Source of the DNA: Paracoccaceae bacterium
Lineage (GTDB): Bacteria; Pseudomonadota; Alphaproteobacteria; Rhodobacterales; Rhodobacteraceae
DNA: 64,000 nucleotides
Direction: 5' to 3'
Assembly: GCA_020832725.1 (NCBI GenBank)
Contig: JAFIEC010000418.1
Location: 5,518-69,517, forward strand
Shown: piece after piece, positions 52,587 to 61,007 of the stretch
Numbering within the stretch: the first letter of the stretch is position 1
Layout of the letters: each line of letters begins with the position of its first letter
The notes under the pieces: model-generated
What the model saw: the letters and a program-made list of their open reading frames with translations, nothing else
Told to the model about the DNA's origin: nothing
Database searches by the model: none
Program-made: the position numbers and the translations under genes

Positions 52587-53429
52587 ATGTCCGATCCGAC
52601 CGACCCCGCCGCCGGTGGCGCCACCGCGGACCCCGCCGCCGAAACCGCGCTGGACCATGCCTGGCGCGCGGTGCTGGCCCGGCCCGGGGATGATGCCGCG
52701 CGGCTGGGCTTCTACGCCCGCCTGAGCGAGGCCGAACTCTTCCTGCTGCTGGAGCGCGACCCCGAGGGCGAGCGGATCGACCCGCGCGTGTTCCCGCTGG
52801 AGGACGGCCCCATGGTGGTGGCCTTCGATACCGAGTCCCGGCTGGCCGATTTCACCGGCATGGCGGCGCCCTATGTGGCGGTGCCGGGCCGCGCGCTTGT
52901 GCGGCTGCTGGCCGATGCCGAACCGCCGCTGGCGCTGGGGCTGAACCTGGGGGATGCGCCCTCGGCCCGGCACCTGCCGCCCGAGGTGCTGGCCTGGCTG
53001 GCCGATGCGCTGTCGCGCCGCCCCGCCGAAGTGCAGGCCGCGATCACCGCGATCGACGCGCCGCGCGGATTGCCCGAATCGCTGCTCCCGGCGCTGGATG
53101 CGCGGCTGGCGCGGGCCGGGGGGCTGGCGGCGCTGGCCTGGCTGGTCGCGGTCCGCTACGCCGGGGGCGGCGGCGGTCACATGCTGGCCTTCATCGATCC
53201 CGCACCGGGCGCCGAACCGACGCTGGCCCGCGCCCTGGGCGAGGCGCTCACCTTCTCGGGGGTCGAGGCGGGGGTGCTCGACATTGCCTTCTTCGCGGCC
53301 TCTGACCCGGTGGCGGCGCGTCTGGCGCGGGTGGGGCTGCGGTTCGACCTGCCGGTGCCCGCCAATGCCCCCGCGCGCCCGGCGGTGCCGCCGGGCATGG
53401 ACCCGGACCGCCCGCCAAGGCTGCGCTGA
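52587..53429 (+). CDS. SseB family protein
   Basis: 280 aa. ELFLLLERDPEGERIDPRVFPLEDGPMVVAFDTESRLADF resembles the SseB N-domain. Assignment by sequence impression. Confidence 0.55.
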   Translation: MSDPTDPAAGGATADPAAETALDHAWRAVLARPGDDAARLGFYARLSEAELFLLLERDPEGERIDPRVFPLEDGPMVVAFDTESRLADFTGMAAPYVAVPGRALVRLLADAEPPLALGLNLGDAPSARHLPPEVLAWLADALSRRPAEVQAAITAIDAPRGLPESLLPALDARLARAGGLAALAWLVAVRYAGGGGGHMLAFIDPAPGAEPTLARALGEALTFSGVEAGVLDIAFFAASDPVAARLARVGLRFDLPVPANAPARPAVPPGMDPDRPPRLR

Positions 53430-53599
53430 CCGGGCCGACGCCTGGCTTGTCCGGCCCTGCGCGCCGCCGCGCAGGCCTTGCCCGAGGACGACTCCGCAGG
53501 CCCCACGGCGTGGACCTCTTGCCCCGCGGGACCGCGCCGCTGTGCACGGCATGCGCGCGCCGGCAGCCACCGGCCAACCCTACCGGCCCGCCGTCAAAC

Positions 53600-54805
53600 A
53601 TGCTATTGCGCCTGCGAGCCAGCGCCTGTGGCGACTCGCCCCGAGACAGTGGAACCGCCGCCTTGATCGTCATCGAACACGGACCCGGCGGGCAGGCAGT
53701 GACCTTCCCGCGCATCCGCACCCTGCTTTGCGCCCGCACCCCCGACGAGGTGCCCGCCGCGCTGCAGGCGGCCGAGGAGGCACGCCGTGCGGGCGCCTGG
53801 GTGGCCGGGTATCTGGCCTATCAGTCCGGCTGCGTCTTCGAGCCGCGCCTGCGCGACTGCGTCAAGCTTGCCATTCCCGGCGAACCGCTGGTCCTGCTCG
53901 CCGTCTGCGACGCGCCCGAACCCGCCGATGCGGTTCTGGCGCAGGCGGCACAGGCCGCGGGCAGCGCGGCCCTGACCCCGCCGACACCGCTGATCCAGCG
54001 CGCGGCCTATGATGCGGCCATGGCGCGGCTGCTGGACTACATCGCCGCCGGGGACTGCTATCAGGTCAACCTGACCTTTCCGCTCGAAGCGCGGCTGATC
54101 GGCGGGACGGCGCTGGGCCTCTACGGTGCGCTGCGGGCGCGCCAGCAGGTGGGTTACGGCGCCTTCATCGATCTGGGGGCGGGGCCGGTGGTGATCTCGC
54201 GCAGCCCGGAGCTGTTCTTTCACGTCACCGACGGGGTGATCGAAAGCCGCCCCATGAAGGGCACCGCACCCCGCAGCGACGATCCGGCCGAGGATGCCCG
54301 CCTGGCCGCCGCGCTGTCGGACAGCGAAAAGGTGCTGGCCGAAAACCTGATGATCGTGGACCTGCTGCGCAACGACATCGGGCGTATATCCGAGATCGGC
54401 TCGGTTTCGGTCCCGGAACTCTTTGCCGTGGAAAGCTTCGCCACCGTGCACCAGATGAGCAGCCGCATTCGGGGCCGCCTGCGCCCCGGGGCCGGGCTGG
54501 GCGCGCTGATGACGGCGCTGTTTCCCTGCGGCTCGGTCACCGGTGCGCCGAAGATCCGCGCCATGCAGATCATCGCCGAGCTGGAACCGCATCCGCGCGG
54601 GGTCTATTGCGGGGCCATCGGCTGGGCGGCGCCGGATGGCAACCAGTGCTGGTCGGTGGCGATCCGCACCCTGCGGCTTTACCCGGACGGGCGGGTGCTG
54701 GCGAATGTGGGCGGCGGCGTGGTGCAGGACAGCACCGCACCGGGCGAATGGGAGGAGGCGCTGTGGAAGGCACGCTTCATGCAGGGGCTGACGCGCCCGG
54801 GCTGA
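53600..54805 (+). CDS. pabB: Aminodeoxychorismate synthase component I (PabB)
   Basis: Chorismate-binding motifs SPELFF, PMKGTAPR, NLMIVDLLRND, FPCGSVTGAPKIRAMQII, RGVYCGAIGW. Start uncertain. Confidence 0.8.
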   Translation: MLLRLRASACGDSPRDSGTAALIVIEHGPGGQAVTFPRIRTLLCARTPDEVPAALQAAEEARRAGAWVAGYLAYQSGCVFEPRLRDCVKLAIPGEPLVLLAVCDAPEPADAVLAQAAQAAGSAALTPPTPLIQRAAYDAAMARLLDYIAAGDCYQVNLTFPLEARLIGGTALGLYGALRARQQVGYGAFIDLGAGPVVISRSPELFFHVTDGVIESRPMKGTAPRSDDPAEDARLAAALSDSEKVLAENLMIVDLLRNDIGRISEIGSVSVPELFAVESFATVHQMSSRIRGRLRPGAGLGALMTALFPCGSVTGAPKIRAMQIIAELEPHPRGVYCGAIGWAAPDGNQCWSVAIRTLRLYPDGRVLANVGGGVVQDSTAPGEWEEALWKARFMQGLTRPG

Positions 54806-54819
54806 AACTCATCGAAACC

Positions 54820-55410
54820 ATGCGCTGGGACGGGCACGCCGTGGCGCATTGGCCGCTGCACCGCGCGCGGCTGGCGGCGGGCGCGAAGGCGCTGGGCTGG
54901 AACCTGCCCGATATCACCCCGTCCGGCCCCGCGGGCACGCCCGCCCGCCTGCGCCTGACCCTCGATGCCCGTGGCCGGATCGAACAGACCCACGGCCCGC
55001 TGCCACCGGCGGCGACGCTGTGGCGGCTGGGGATGGCGGCGGAATGCCTGCGCTCCGACGATCCCTGGCTGCGGATCAAGTCCACCCGCCGCGAAACCTA
55101 TGACACCGCCCGCGCGGCGCTGCCCGAGGGGCTGGACGAGGTGATCTTTCTCAACGAACGCGGCGAGGTCTGCGACGGCACCATCACCACGCTGTTCTTT
55201 GACCGGGGCGCCGGCATGCGCACGCCACCGCTGAGCAGCGGGTTGCTGCCCGGCGTGCTGCGCGCCGCCCGCGCCGTCCCCGAAGAGGTGCTGCTGGCCC
55301 GCGATCTTCCGCATGTGCGGCTCTGGGTCGGCAACGCCCTGCGCGGGCTGGTCCCGGCCGTATGGATCGATTTGCCCCCTGTTGCGCCGCACCGGCGTTC
55401 GGCGCCCTAG
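54820..55410 (+). CDS. pabC: Aminodeoxychorismate lyase / class IV aminotransferase-like (PabC)
   Basis: Motifs IKSTRRETYD, EVIFLNERGEVCDGTITTLFF, GLLPGVLR. Abuts the pabB stop. Start ATG 54820 or an upstream alternative codon. Confidence 0.65.
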   Translation: MRWDGHAVAHWPLHRARLAAGAKALGWNLPDITPSGPAGTPARLRLTLDARGRIEQTHGPLPPAATLWRLGMAAECLRSDDPWLRIKSTRRETYDTARAALPEGLDEVIFLNERGEVCDGTITTLFFDRGAGMRTPPLSSGLLPGVLRAARAVPEEVLLARDLPHVRLWVGNALRGLVPAVWIDLPPVAPHRRSAP

Positions 55411-55469
55411 GCCCCCGTTGACGCGGGCGCGGCAGGATCGCGCCGATCCCGCGCTCAACGGAGACCGCC

Positions 55470-56639
55470 ATGCCCGACGATTCGCCCAGACTGGGCCTGC
55501 CCTTCCTGCTGCCCGCGCAGGCACAGAAACACGTCACCCATAACGAGGCGCTGGAGCGGCTCGACCTGCTGGTGCAACTGACGGTCGAGGCGTTTGACGC
55601 CAACACCCCGCCGACGCTGCCGCTTGACGGGCAGGTCTGGGCGCTGGGGCTGGCGCCTTCGGGCGTCTGGGCGGGGCAGGCGGGGCGGCTGGCGGCCTGG
55701 GTGAACGGCGCCTGGGTCTTCGTCACGCCGCAAACCGGCTGGCGCGCGGCCATGGGTGATGCGCTGCGGATCTGGGACGGCAGCGTCTGGGTGACCCCCG
55801 CGCCCGGCGCGCTGGACAACCTGCCCGGCGTGGGGATCAACGCCAGCCACGACGCCACCAACCGCCTGAGCGTGGCCGCCGACGCCACGCTGCTGAACCA
55901 CGCGGGCGCGGGCCACCAGCTCAAGCTGAACAAGGCCGCGCCCGCCGATACCGCCAGCCTGCTGTTCCAGACCGGGTTCTCGGGCCGGGCCGAGATGGGC
56001 ACCGCCGGGTCGGATGCCTTCGTCATCAAGGTCAGTGCCGATGGCGCTAGCTGGCACGATGGCGCCATCTTCGACCCGGCCAGCGGCGCCGCCAGCCTGC
56101 CGGGGGGGCTGGAGGTCACGGGCCTGATCACCGGCAGCGCGGTCACGGCGGATGCCACGGACACCACGCCGGGGCGGCTGCTGACCACCGGGGCGGGGCA
56201 TGCGCAACTGGACCCCGGACTCTATCGGCAGGGCAATATCCTCGGCCCGGTTGCCCTGACGGCGGGCCTGCCCTCGGGGGCGGTTCTGGACCATGACGAG
56301 ACCCCGGACGGGCATGTCCTGCGGCTGGCGGATGGCACGCAACTGTGCTGGATGACCCGCGATCTGGGCGCGATCCTGGCCCATGGCTCGGGCAGCTTTT
56401 CCAGCCCCTACCGCACCGCGGCGCTGACGCTGACCTTTCCCGCCGCCTTCGACGGCCCGCCCGCGCTGGTCCTGACCGCCACCATCCCCGGCGCCAGCGC
56501 CACCGCGCGGCTGCTCCACGCAAGCCATGGCGCGATCACCGCGACCCAGGCCGCCGGGGTGCAGGCCTGGCGCGGCAACGGCAACAGCACCGCCGGCGAT
56601 GCGATCCTTTCGGCGCTGGCCATAGGGCGCTGGGCCTGA
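55470..56639 (+). CDS. DUF2793-type protein, phage/GTA tail-fibre-like
   Basis: N-terminus PRLGLPFLLPAQAQKHVTHNEALERLDLLVQL is the hallmark of DUF2793. Gly/Ala/Thr-rich beta-like central and C-terminal regions. No other phage genes nearby. Confidence 0.7.
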   Translation: MPDDSPRLGLPFLLPAQAQKHVTHNEALERLDLLVQLTVEAFDANTPPTLPLDGQVWALGLAPSGVWAGQAGRLAAWVNGAWVFVTPQTGWRAAMGDALRIWDGSVWVTPAPGALDNLPGVGINASHDATNRLSVAADATLLNHAGAGHQLKLNKAAPADTASLLFQTGFSGRAEMGTAGSDAFVIKVSADGASWHDGAIFDPASGAASLPGGLEVTGLITGSAVTADATDTTPGRLLTTGAGHAQLDPGLYRQGNILGPVALTAGLPSGAVLDHDETPDGHVLRLADGTQLCWMTRDLGAILAHGSGSFSSPYRTAALTLTFPAAFDGPPALVLTATIPGASATARLLHASHGAITATQAAGVQAWRGNGNSTAGDAILSALAIGRWA

Positions 56640-56689
56640 GCCGCGCGGCGGGTGCGGGGCGTCCGGAGGCGGGGGCCGCGCGCGCTCAG

Positions 56690-56717
56690 GTGCCTGCCGC
56701 CGAGGGGTGGCAGGCAC
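56690..56717. terminator. 9-bp-stem hairpin between the convergent DUF2793 gene and ggt
   Basis: GTGCCTGCC-N10-GGCAGGCAC read directly. No clear U-tract. Confidence 0.35.
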
Positions 56718-56745
56718 GCAGGGCACCCCGTCGGCGGCCGGTGGG

Positions 56746-58323
56746 TCAGTAGCCGATGGCGCAGCCGTCCTTGCGCGGGTCCGAGGCGGCCTCGAGCACG
56801 CCGCTGTCATGCATCCAGATCGCCTGCGCCCCGCCGATGGGATCGGGCGCGCGCTGGACCTTGTGGCCGCGTTCGGCCAGTCCGGCCAGCGTGCGCTCGG
56901 GGTAGGGCGATTCGATATTGAGCACCCCGTCCTCGGGGAAGGCGCGCGGCGCGTCGATCGCAGCCTGCGGGTGCATGCCGAAATCCAGCAGGTTGGTGAC
57001 GAACCGCGCATGCCCGCAGGCCTGATAGGGCCCGCCCATGACGCCGAAGGGCATGACCAGCCGCCCTTCATGGCGCAGCATGGCCGGGATGATCGTATGC
57101 ATCGGGCGCTTGCCGGGCGCCATCTCGTTCGGATGACCATCGGCAAGCGTGAACCCGGCCCCGCGGTTCTGCAGCATGATGCCGAATTTCTCGGACGCGA
57201 TGCCCGAGCCGAAGGGGTGGAAGATCGAATAGATGAACGAAACCGCCATGCGGTCGCGATCCACCACGGTCAGATACACGGTCTCGCGGTGCACCGCTTC
57301 GGAGAGCGGCGCCGGGTCGGCCATGGCGCGGGCCGGATCGATCAGCGCGGCCAGGGCGGCGGCGGTTTCGGGGGCGAGCATGTGCTCCAGCCGCGTGCAA
57401 TGGTCCGGATCGGCGAGGATGCGGTCGCGCGCGTCATAGCCGAGCTTCGTCGCCTCGGCTTCGAGATGCGTGCGCTCGGGGCCGAACGGGTCCATGGCCG
57501 CAAGGTCGAAGTGCTTGAGGATGTTGAGGATCAGCATCGCGGTCGCGCCCTGACCGTTGGGCGCGTGTTCCAGCAGTTCGAACCCCTGATAGTCGCTGGC
57601 GATGGGGTCGCCCCAGGTGCAGCTTGTGGCCGCCATGTCGTCGAGCGTATGCCAGCCGCCCAGGCCCTGCAGCGTGTCGATCACGTCAGCCGCGACCTCG
57701 CCCTCGTAGAAGGCCGCGCGTCCGTCGCGTGCGATCCGGCGCAGCACCTCGGCCTGCCCCGGCGCGCGAAAGACATGGCCGGGTTTCGGTGCCTTGCCGC
57801 CGGGCAGGTGCAGATCGCGCGCGCGCCCCTGCAGGTGGTCGGATTGCAGCGCCCAGTCGCGGGCCACGCGCGGGGCGACGGGGATGCCTTCGTCGGCATA
57901 GCGGATGGCGGCGGCGAAAACCTGGTCCAGCGCCATGGTCCCGTGATCGGCGGCGAGAGCGCAGAAGGCATCGACCGCGCCCGGGATGGTCACGGCGGCG
58001 GGATCGTTCAGGGGCACCGCCGTGTGCCCCGCCGCGCGCAGTGCGCCCGCCGAGGCCCCGGCTGCGGCGCGGCCCGAGCCGTTCAGCGCGCGCACGGTTT
58101 CGGACCCGGCGGGCTTGATGAGCACGAAACAGTCGCCGCCCAGCGCGCACATGTGTGGTTCGGCCACCCCCAGCACGGCAGCCGCGGCCAGGGCCGCATC
58201 GACGGCATTGCCGCCGGCCTTGAGAATGTCCACCGCCGCGCCGGCGGCCAGCGGGTGCGAGGTCGCGCAGACCCCGTTCGTGGCAAAGACGGCCGATCGG
58301 CCCGGTGTGTCGAAGTCGCGCAT
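56746..58323 (-). CDS. ggt: Gamma-glutamyltransferase family protein
   Basis: 525 aa from ATG 58323 (GGAGG RBS). N-terminal TSHPLAAGAAVDILKAGGNAVDAA. Autoprocessing region GKRPMHTIIPAM. Confidence 0.85.
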   Translation of the reverse strand: MRDFDTPGRSAVFATNGVCATSHPLAAGAAVDILKAGGNAVDAALAAAAVLGVAEPHMCALGGDCFVLIKPAGSETVRALNGSGRAAAGASAGALRAAGHTAVPLNDPAAVTIPGAVDAFCALAADHGTMALDQVFAAAIRYADEGIPVAPRVARDWALQSDHLQGRARDLHLPGGKAPKPGHVFRAPGQAEVLRRIARDGRAAFYEGEVAADVIDTLQGLGGWHTLDDMAATSCTWGDPIASDYQGFELLEHAPNGQGATAMLILNILKHFDLAAMDPFGPERTHLEAEATKLGYDARDRILADPDHCTRLEHMLAPETAAALAALIDPARAMADPAPLSEAVHRETVYLTVVDRDRMAVSFIYSIFHPFGSGIASEKFGIMLQNRGAGFTLADGHPNEMAPGKRPMHTIIPAMLRHEGRLVMPFGVMGGPYQACGHARFVTNLLDFGMHPQAAIDAPRAFPEDGVLNIESPYPERTLAGLAERGHKVQRAPDPIGGAQAIWMHDSGVLEAASDPRKDGCAIGY

Positions 58324-58465
58324 CTCTTCCTCCCTCGCGGCGCATCCCGCCGAACGCGGCGACCCTAGAGCGTGGCGCGGGGATTGACCAGAGGGGCGCG
58401 CGGGTCTGGCGAAGCGCCCGGCCATGCGCTAGAGGGAAGGCCGGACAGCAGCGGGAACGGCAGAC

Positions 58466-60202
58466 ATGGCGCGCATTCTCATCACCTCGGCGCTTCCCTA
58501 TATCAACGGGATCAAGCATCTGGGCAATCTGGTCGGCAGTCAATTGCCCGCCGACCTCTATGCCCGATACATGCGCGCGCGCGGCCACGAGGTCATGTTC
58601 ATCTGCGCCACGGACGAGCACGGCACCCCTGCCGAGCTGGCCGCCGCCAAGGCGGGCGAAGAGGTGTCGGCCTATTGCGCGCGGATGCACGCGGTGCAGG
58701 CGGAGCTGGCGCGCGGCTTCGGGCTGAGCTTCGATCATTTCGGGCGTTCCTCCAGCCCGCAGAACCGCGACCTCACGCAGCATCTTGCGGCGCGGCTGGC
58801 CAAGGCCGGGCTGATCGAGCAGGTCAGCGAAAGCCAGGTTTATTCGCCCGCCGACGGACGGTTCCTGCCCGACCGCTACATCACCGGCACCTGCCCGGCC
58901 TGCGGCTACGAGAATGCGCGCGGGGATCAGTGCGAGAACTGCACCAAGCAGCTTGACCCCACCGACCTGATCAACCCGCGCTCGGCGATTTCGGGCGCGA
59001 CCGATCTGGAAGTGCGCGCGACGCGGCATCTGTTCCTGCGCCAGTCGGCACTGCGCGCGCGGCTGGATGCGTGGATCGACAGCCAGCAGGGCTGGCCGGT
59101 GCTGACCACCTCGATCGCGAAGAAATGGCTGCATGATGGTGACGGGTTGCAGGACCGCGGCATCACCCGTGATCTGGACTGGGGCATCCCGGTCCAGTTC
59201 GACGGCGCGCCCTGGGAGGGCATGGAGGACAAGGTCTTCTACGTCTGGTTCGATGCGCCCATCGAATACATCGCCGCCACCGCCGAATGGGCCGAAGCGC
59301 AGGGGCTGAGTGATGCCGCCTGGCGGCGCTGGTGGCGGACGGATGCGGGCGCCGACGATGTCCGTTACGTCCAGTTCATGGGCAAGGACAACGTGCCCTT
59401 CCACACGCTGAGCTTCCCGGCCACCCTGATTGGCGCCAATTTCGACGGGACGGAGCCGTGGAAGCTGGTGGATTACATCAAGTCCTTCAACTACCTGAAC
59501 TATGACGGCGGGCAGTTCAGCACCTCGCAGGGGCGGGGCGTGTTCATGGACCAGGCGCTGGAAATCCTGCCGGGCGACTACTGGCGCTGGTGGCTGCTGA
59601 GCCACGCGCCCGAAAGCAGCGATTCGGAATTCACCTGGGAGAATTTCCAGGCCGGGGTGAACAAGGATCTGGCCGATGTGCTGGGCAATCTGGTCAGCCG
59701 CGTGACCAAGTTCTGTCGGTCGAAGTTCGGCGAAACGGTGCCCGAGGGTGGCGCGCCCGGCGCGCGCGAGGCGGCGCTGCGGGCGGCGCTGGAGGGGCGG
59801 CTGCGCGCCTACGAGCGGCACATGGAGGCGATGGAGGTGCGCAAGTCGGCGGCGGAATTGCGCGCGCTCTGGGTGCTGGGCAACGAGTATCTGCAGGAGG
59901 CCGCGCCCTGGGCCGCGTTCAAGAACGATCCGGCGCAGGCGGCCATGCAGATCCGGCTGGCGCTGAACCTGATCCGGGTCTACGCGGTGATCTCGCAGCC
60001 GTTCATCCCGGACGCGGCGGCGCGGATCATGGCGGCGCTGGGGTCCGGGGACTGGTCCTGGCCCGATGATCTGGCGGGCGCGCTCGAGGTGCTGCCCCCG
60101 GGGCAGGGGTTCATGGTGCCCGACGTGCTGTTCGCCAAGATCGGTGACGAGCAGCGCGCCGAATGGGCGGCGCGGTTCTCGGGGCAGCGCGCCGAGGCGT
60201 GA
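58466..60202 (+). CDS. metG: Methionine-tRNA ligase MetG
   Basis: [18 protein letters not shown] (HIGH-type region), zinc knuckle [26 protein letters not shown] (KMSKS-type region). Confidence 0.95.
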   Translation: MARILITSALPYINGIKHLGNLVGSQLPADLYARYMRARGHEVMFICATDEHGTPAELAAAKAGEEVSAYCARMHAVQAELARGFGLSFDHFGRSSSPQNRDLTQHLAARLAKAGLIEQVSESQVYSPADGRFLPDRYITGTCPACGYENARGDQCENCTKQLDPTDLINPRSAISGATDLEVRATRHLFLRQSALRARLDAWIDSQQGWPVLTTSIAKKWLHDGDGLQDRGITRDLDWGIPVQFDGAPWEGMEDKVFYVWFDAPIEYIAATAEWAEAQGLSDAAWRRWWRTDAGADDVRYVQFMGKDNVPFHTLSFPATLIGANFDGTEPWKLVDYIKSFNYLNYDGGQFSTSQGRGVFMDQALEILPGDYWRWWLLSHAPESSDSEFTWENFQAGVNKDLADVLGNLVSRVTKFCRSKFGETVPEGGAPGAREAALRAALEGRLRAYERHMEAMEVRKSAAELRALWVLGNEYLQEAAPWAAFKNDPAQAAMQIRLALNLIRVYAVISQPFIPDAAARIMAALGSGDWSWPDDLAGALEVLPPGQGFMVPDVLFAKIGDEQRAEWAARFSGQRAEA

Positions 60203-60229
60203 GGCGGGCGCCGGCCGACAGGCGGGAAA

Positions 60230-60280
60230 GCGCCTGCGGGCCGTGCCCCACCCACCCGCCCCAGCACGCCCCGCAGGCGC
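60230..60280 (+). repeat. GC-rich hairpin with the invariant loop (family copy downstream of metG)
   Basis: Arms GCGCCTGCGGGCCGTGC / GCACGCCCCGCAGGCGC (1 mismatch) flank the exact 16-mer at 60247-60262. Confidence 0.8.
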
Positions 60281-60313
60281 CGGTTTCCTGATCCGGGACG
60301 GAGGAAAAGCACC

Positions 60314-60571
60314 ATGTTCACCATCGAGCACGATTTCGACGCCACCGTCATCACCCTTGTGGACGAAGGCACCGACAAGGGCGTTCCCCTGCAGGAGGAC
60401 GTTGTGGTCAACGCCTTCGAGGACTGCGTGACGGTGACCCAGTACGACCCGCGCGAGGACCGCGAACAGCGGATCACGCTGTCCGTGGCGCAATTGCGCG
60501 ATCTTGGCGCGGCGCTGAACCTGCCGGAAGGGGTCTATCGGCTGCGCCGTCCGGGGCGCGGCAAGGACTGA
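60314..60571 (+). CDS. Small acidic hypothetical protein (85 aa)
   Basis: ATG is preceded by GGAGGA at good spacing. High GC3. No family recognised. Confidence 0.6.
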   Translation: MFTIEHDFDATVITLVDEGTDKGVPLQEDVVVNAFEDCVTVTQYDPREDREQRITLSVAQLRDLGAALNLPEGVYRLRRPGRGKD

Positions 60572-60582
60572 CCCACAGCGCG

Positions 60583-60640
60583 CGCGGCGCCCTCGGGGCG
60601 TGCGGGGGCGGGGGAGCGGGCACGCCCCGCAGGCGCTTTT
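60583..60640 (+). terminator. Rho-independent-terminator-like hairpin after the 85-aa ORF
   Basis: GGGGCGTGC...GCACGCCCC stem extended by GCGCC/GGCGC, followed by TTTT (60637-60640). The 3' arm matches the arm sequence of the hairpin family. Confidence 0.6.
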
Positions 60641-60665
60641 CGGGCACGCCCCGGGGTGGTGGCGC

Positions 60666-60947
60666 TCACGCCCCGCGCCCGGCAATCCGCGCATTGCGCC
60701 CGCCGCGCCGCGCGCCGCCGACCGCGCGCGGGGCAAGACCGGCGCGCAGCAGCGCGGTCATCGGATGGTCCGGGGCGGTTGCGCCATACTCGGCCAGCAG
60801 GCGCGTCAGCGCCGAATCGGGGTCCGCGCCCGCGGGCAGGCTGAGCGCCCAGTCGATCAGGATCGACCGGCATTCGGCGTCCGTGATCCCGTCGATGCGA
60901 TAGCTTTCGCGGATCAGCCCCTTGGGGTCGGCGGTCTGAAGCTCCAT
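60666..60947 (-). CDS. Small hypothetical protein (93 aa) downstream of glnE
   Basis: Open frame with high GC3, co-directional with glnE at a 60-nt gap. No family recognised. Confidence 0.5.
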   Translation of the reverse strand: MELQTADPKGLIRESYRIDGITDAECRSILIDWALSLPAGADPDSALTRLLAEYGATAPDHPMTALLRAGLAPRAVGGARRGGRNARIAGRGA

Positions 60948-61007
60948 GCGCGATACCCGGTCCCTGGCGGCGTGGCCTGTCTGCCACGCGCGCCAGCATT
61001 GGCGCAG

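Noticed and set aside
57686-60736. 1016-aa ORF on the minus strand
   Set aside because: It is antisense to metG and overlaps ggt in a different frame on the same strand. The composition is Arg/Gly/Pro-rich with no motifs. High-GC artefact.
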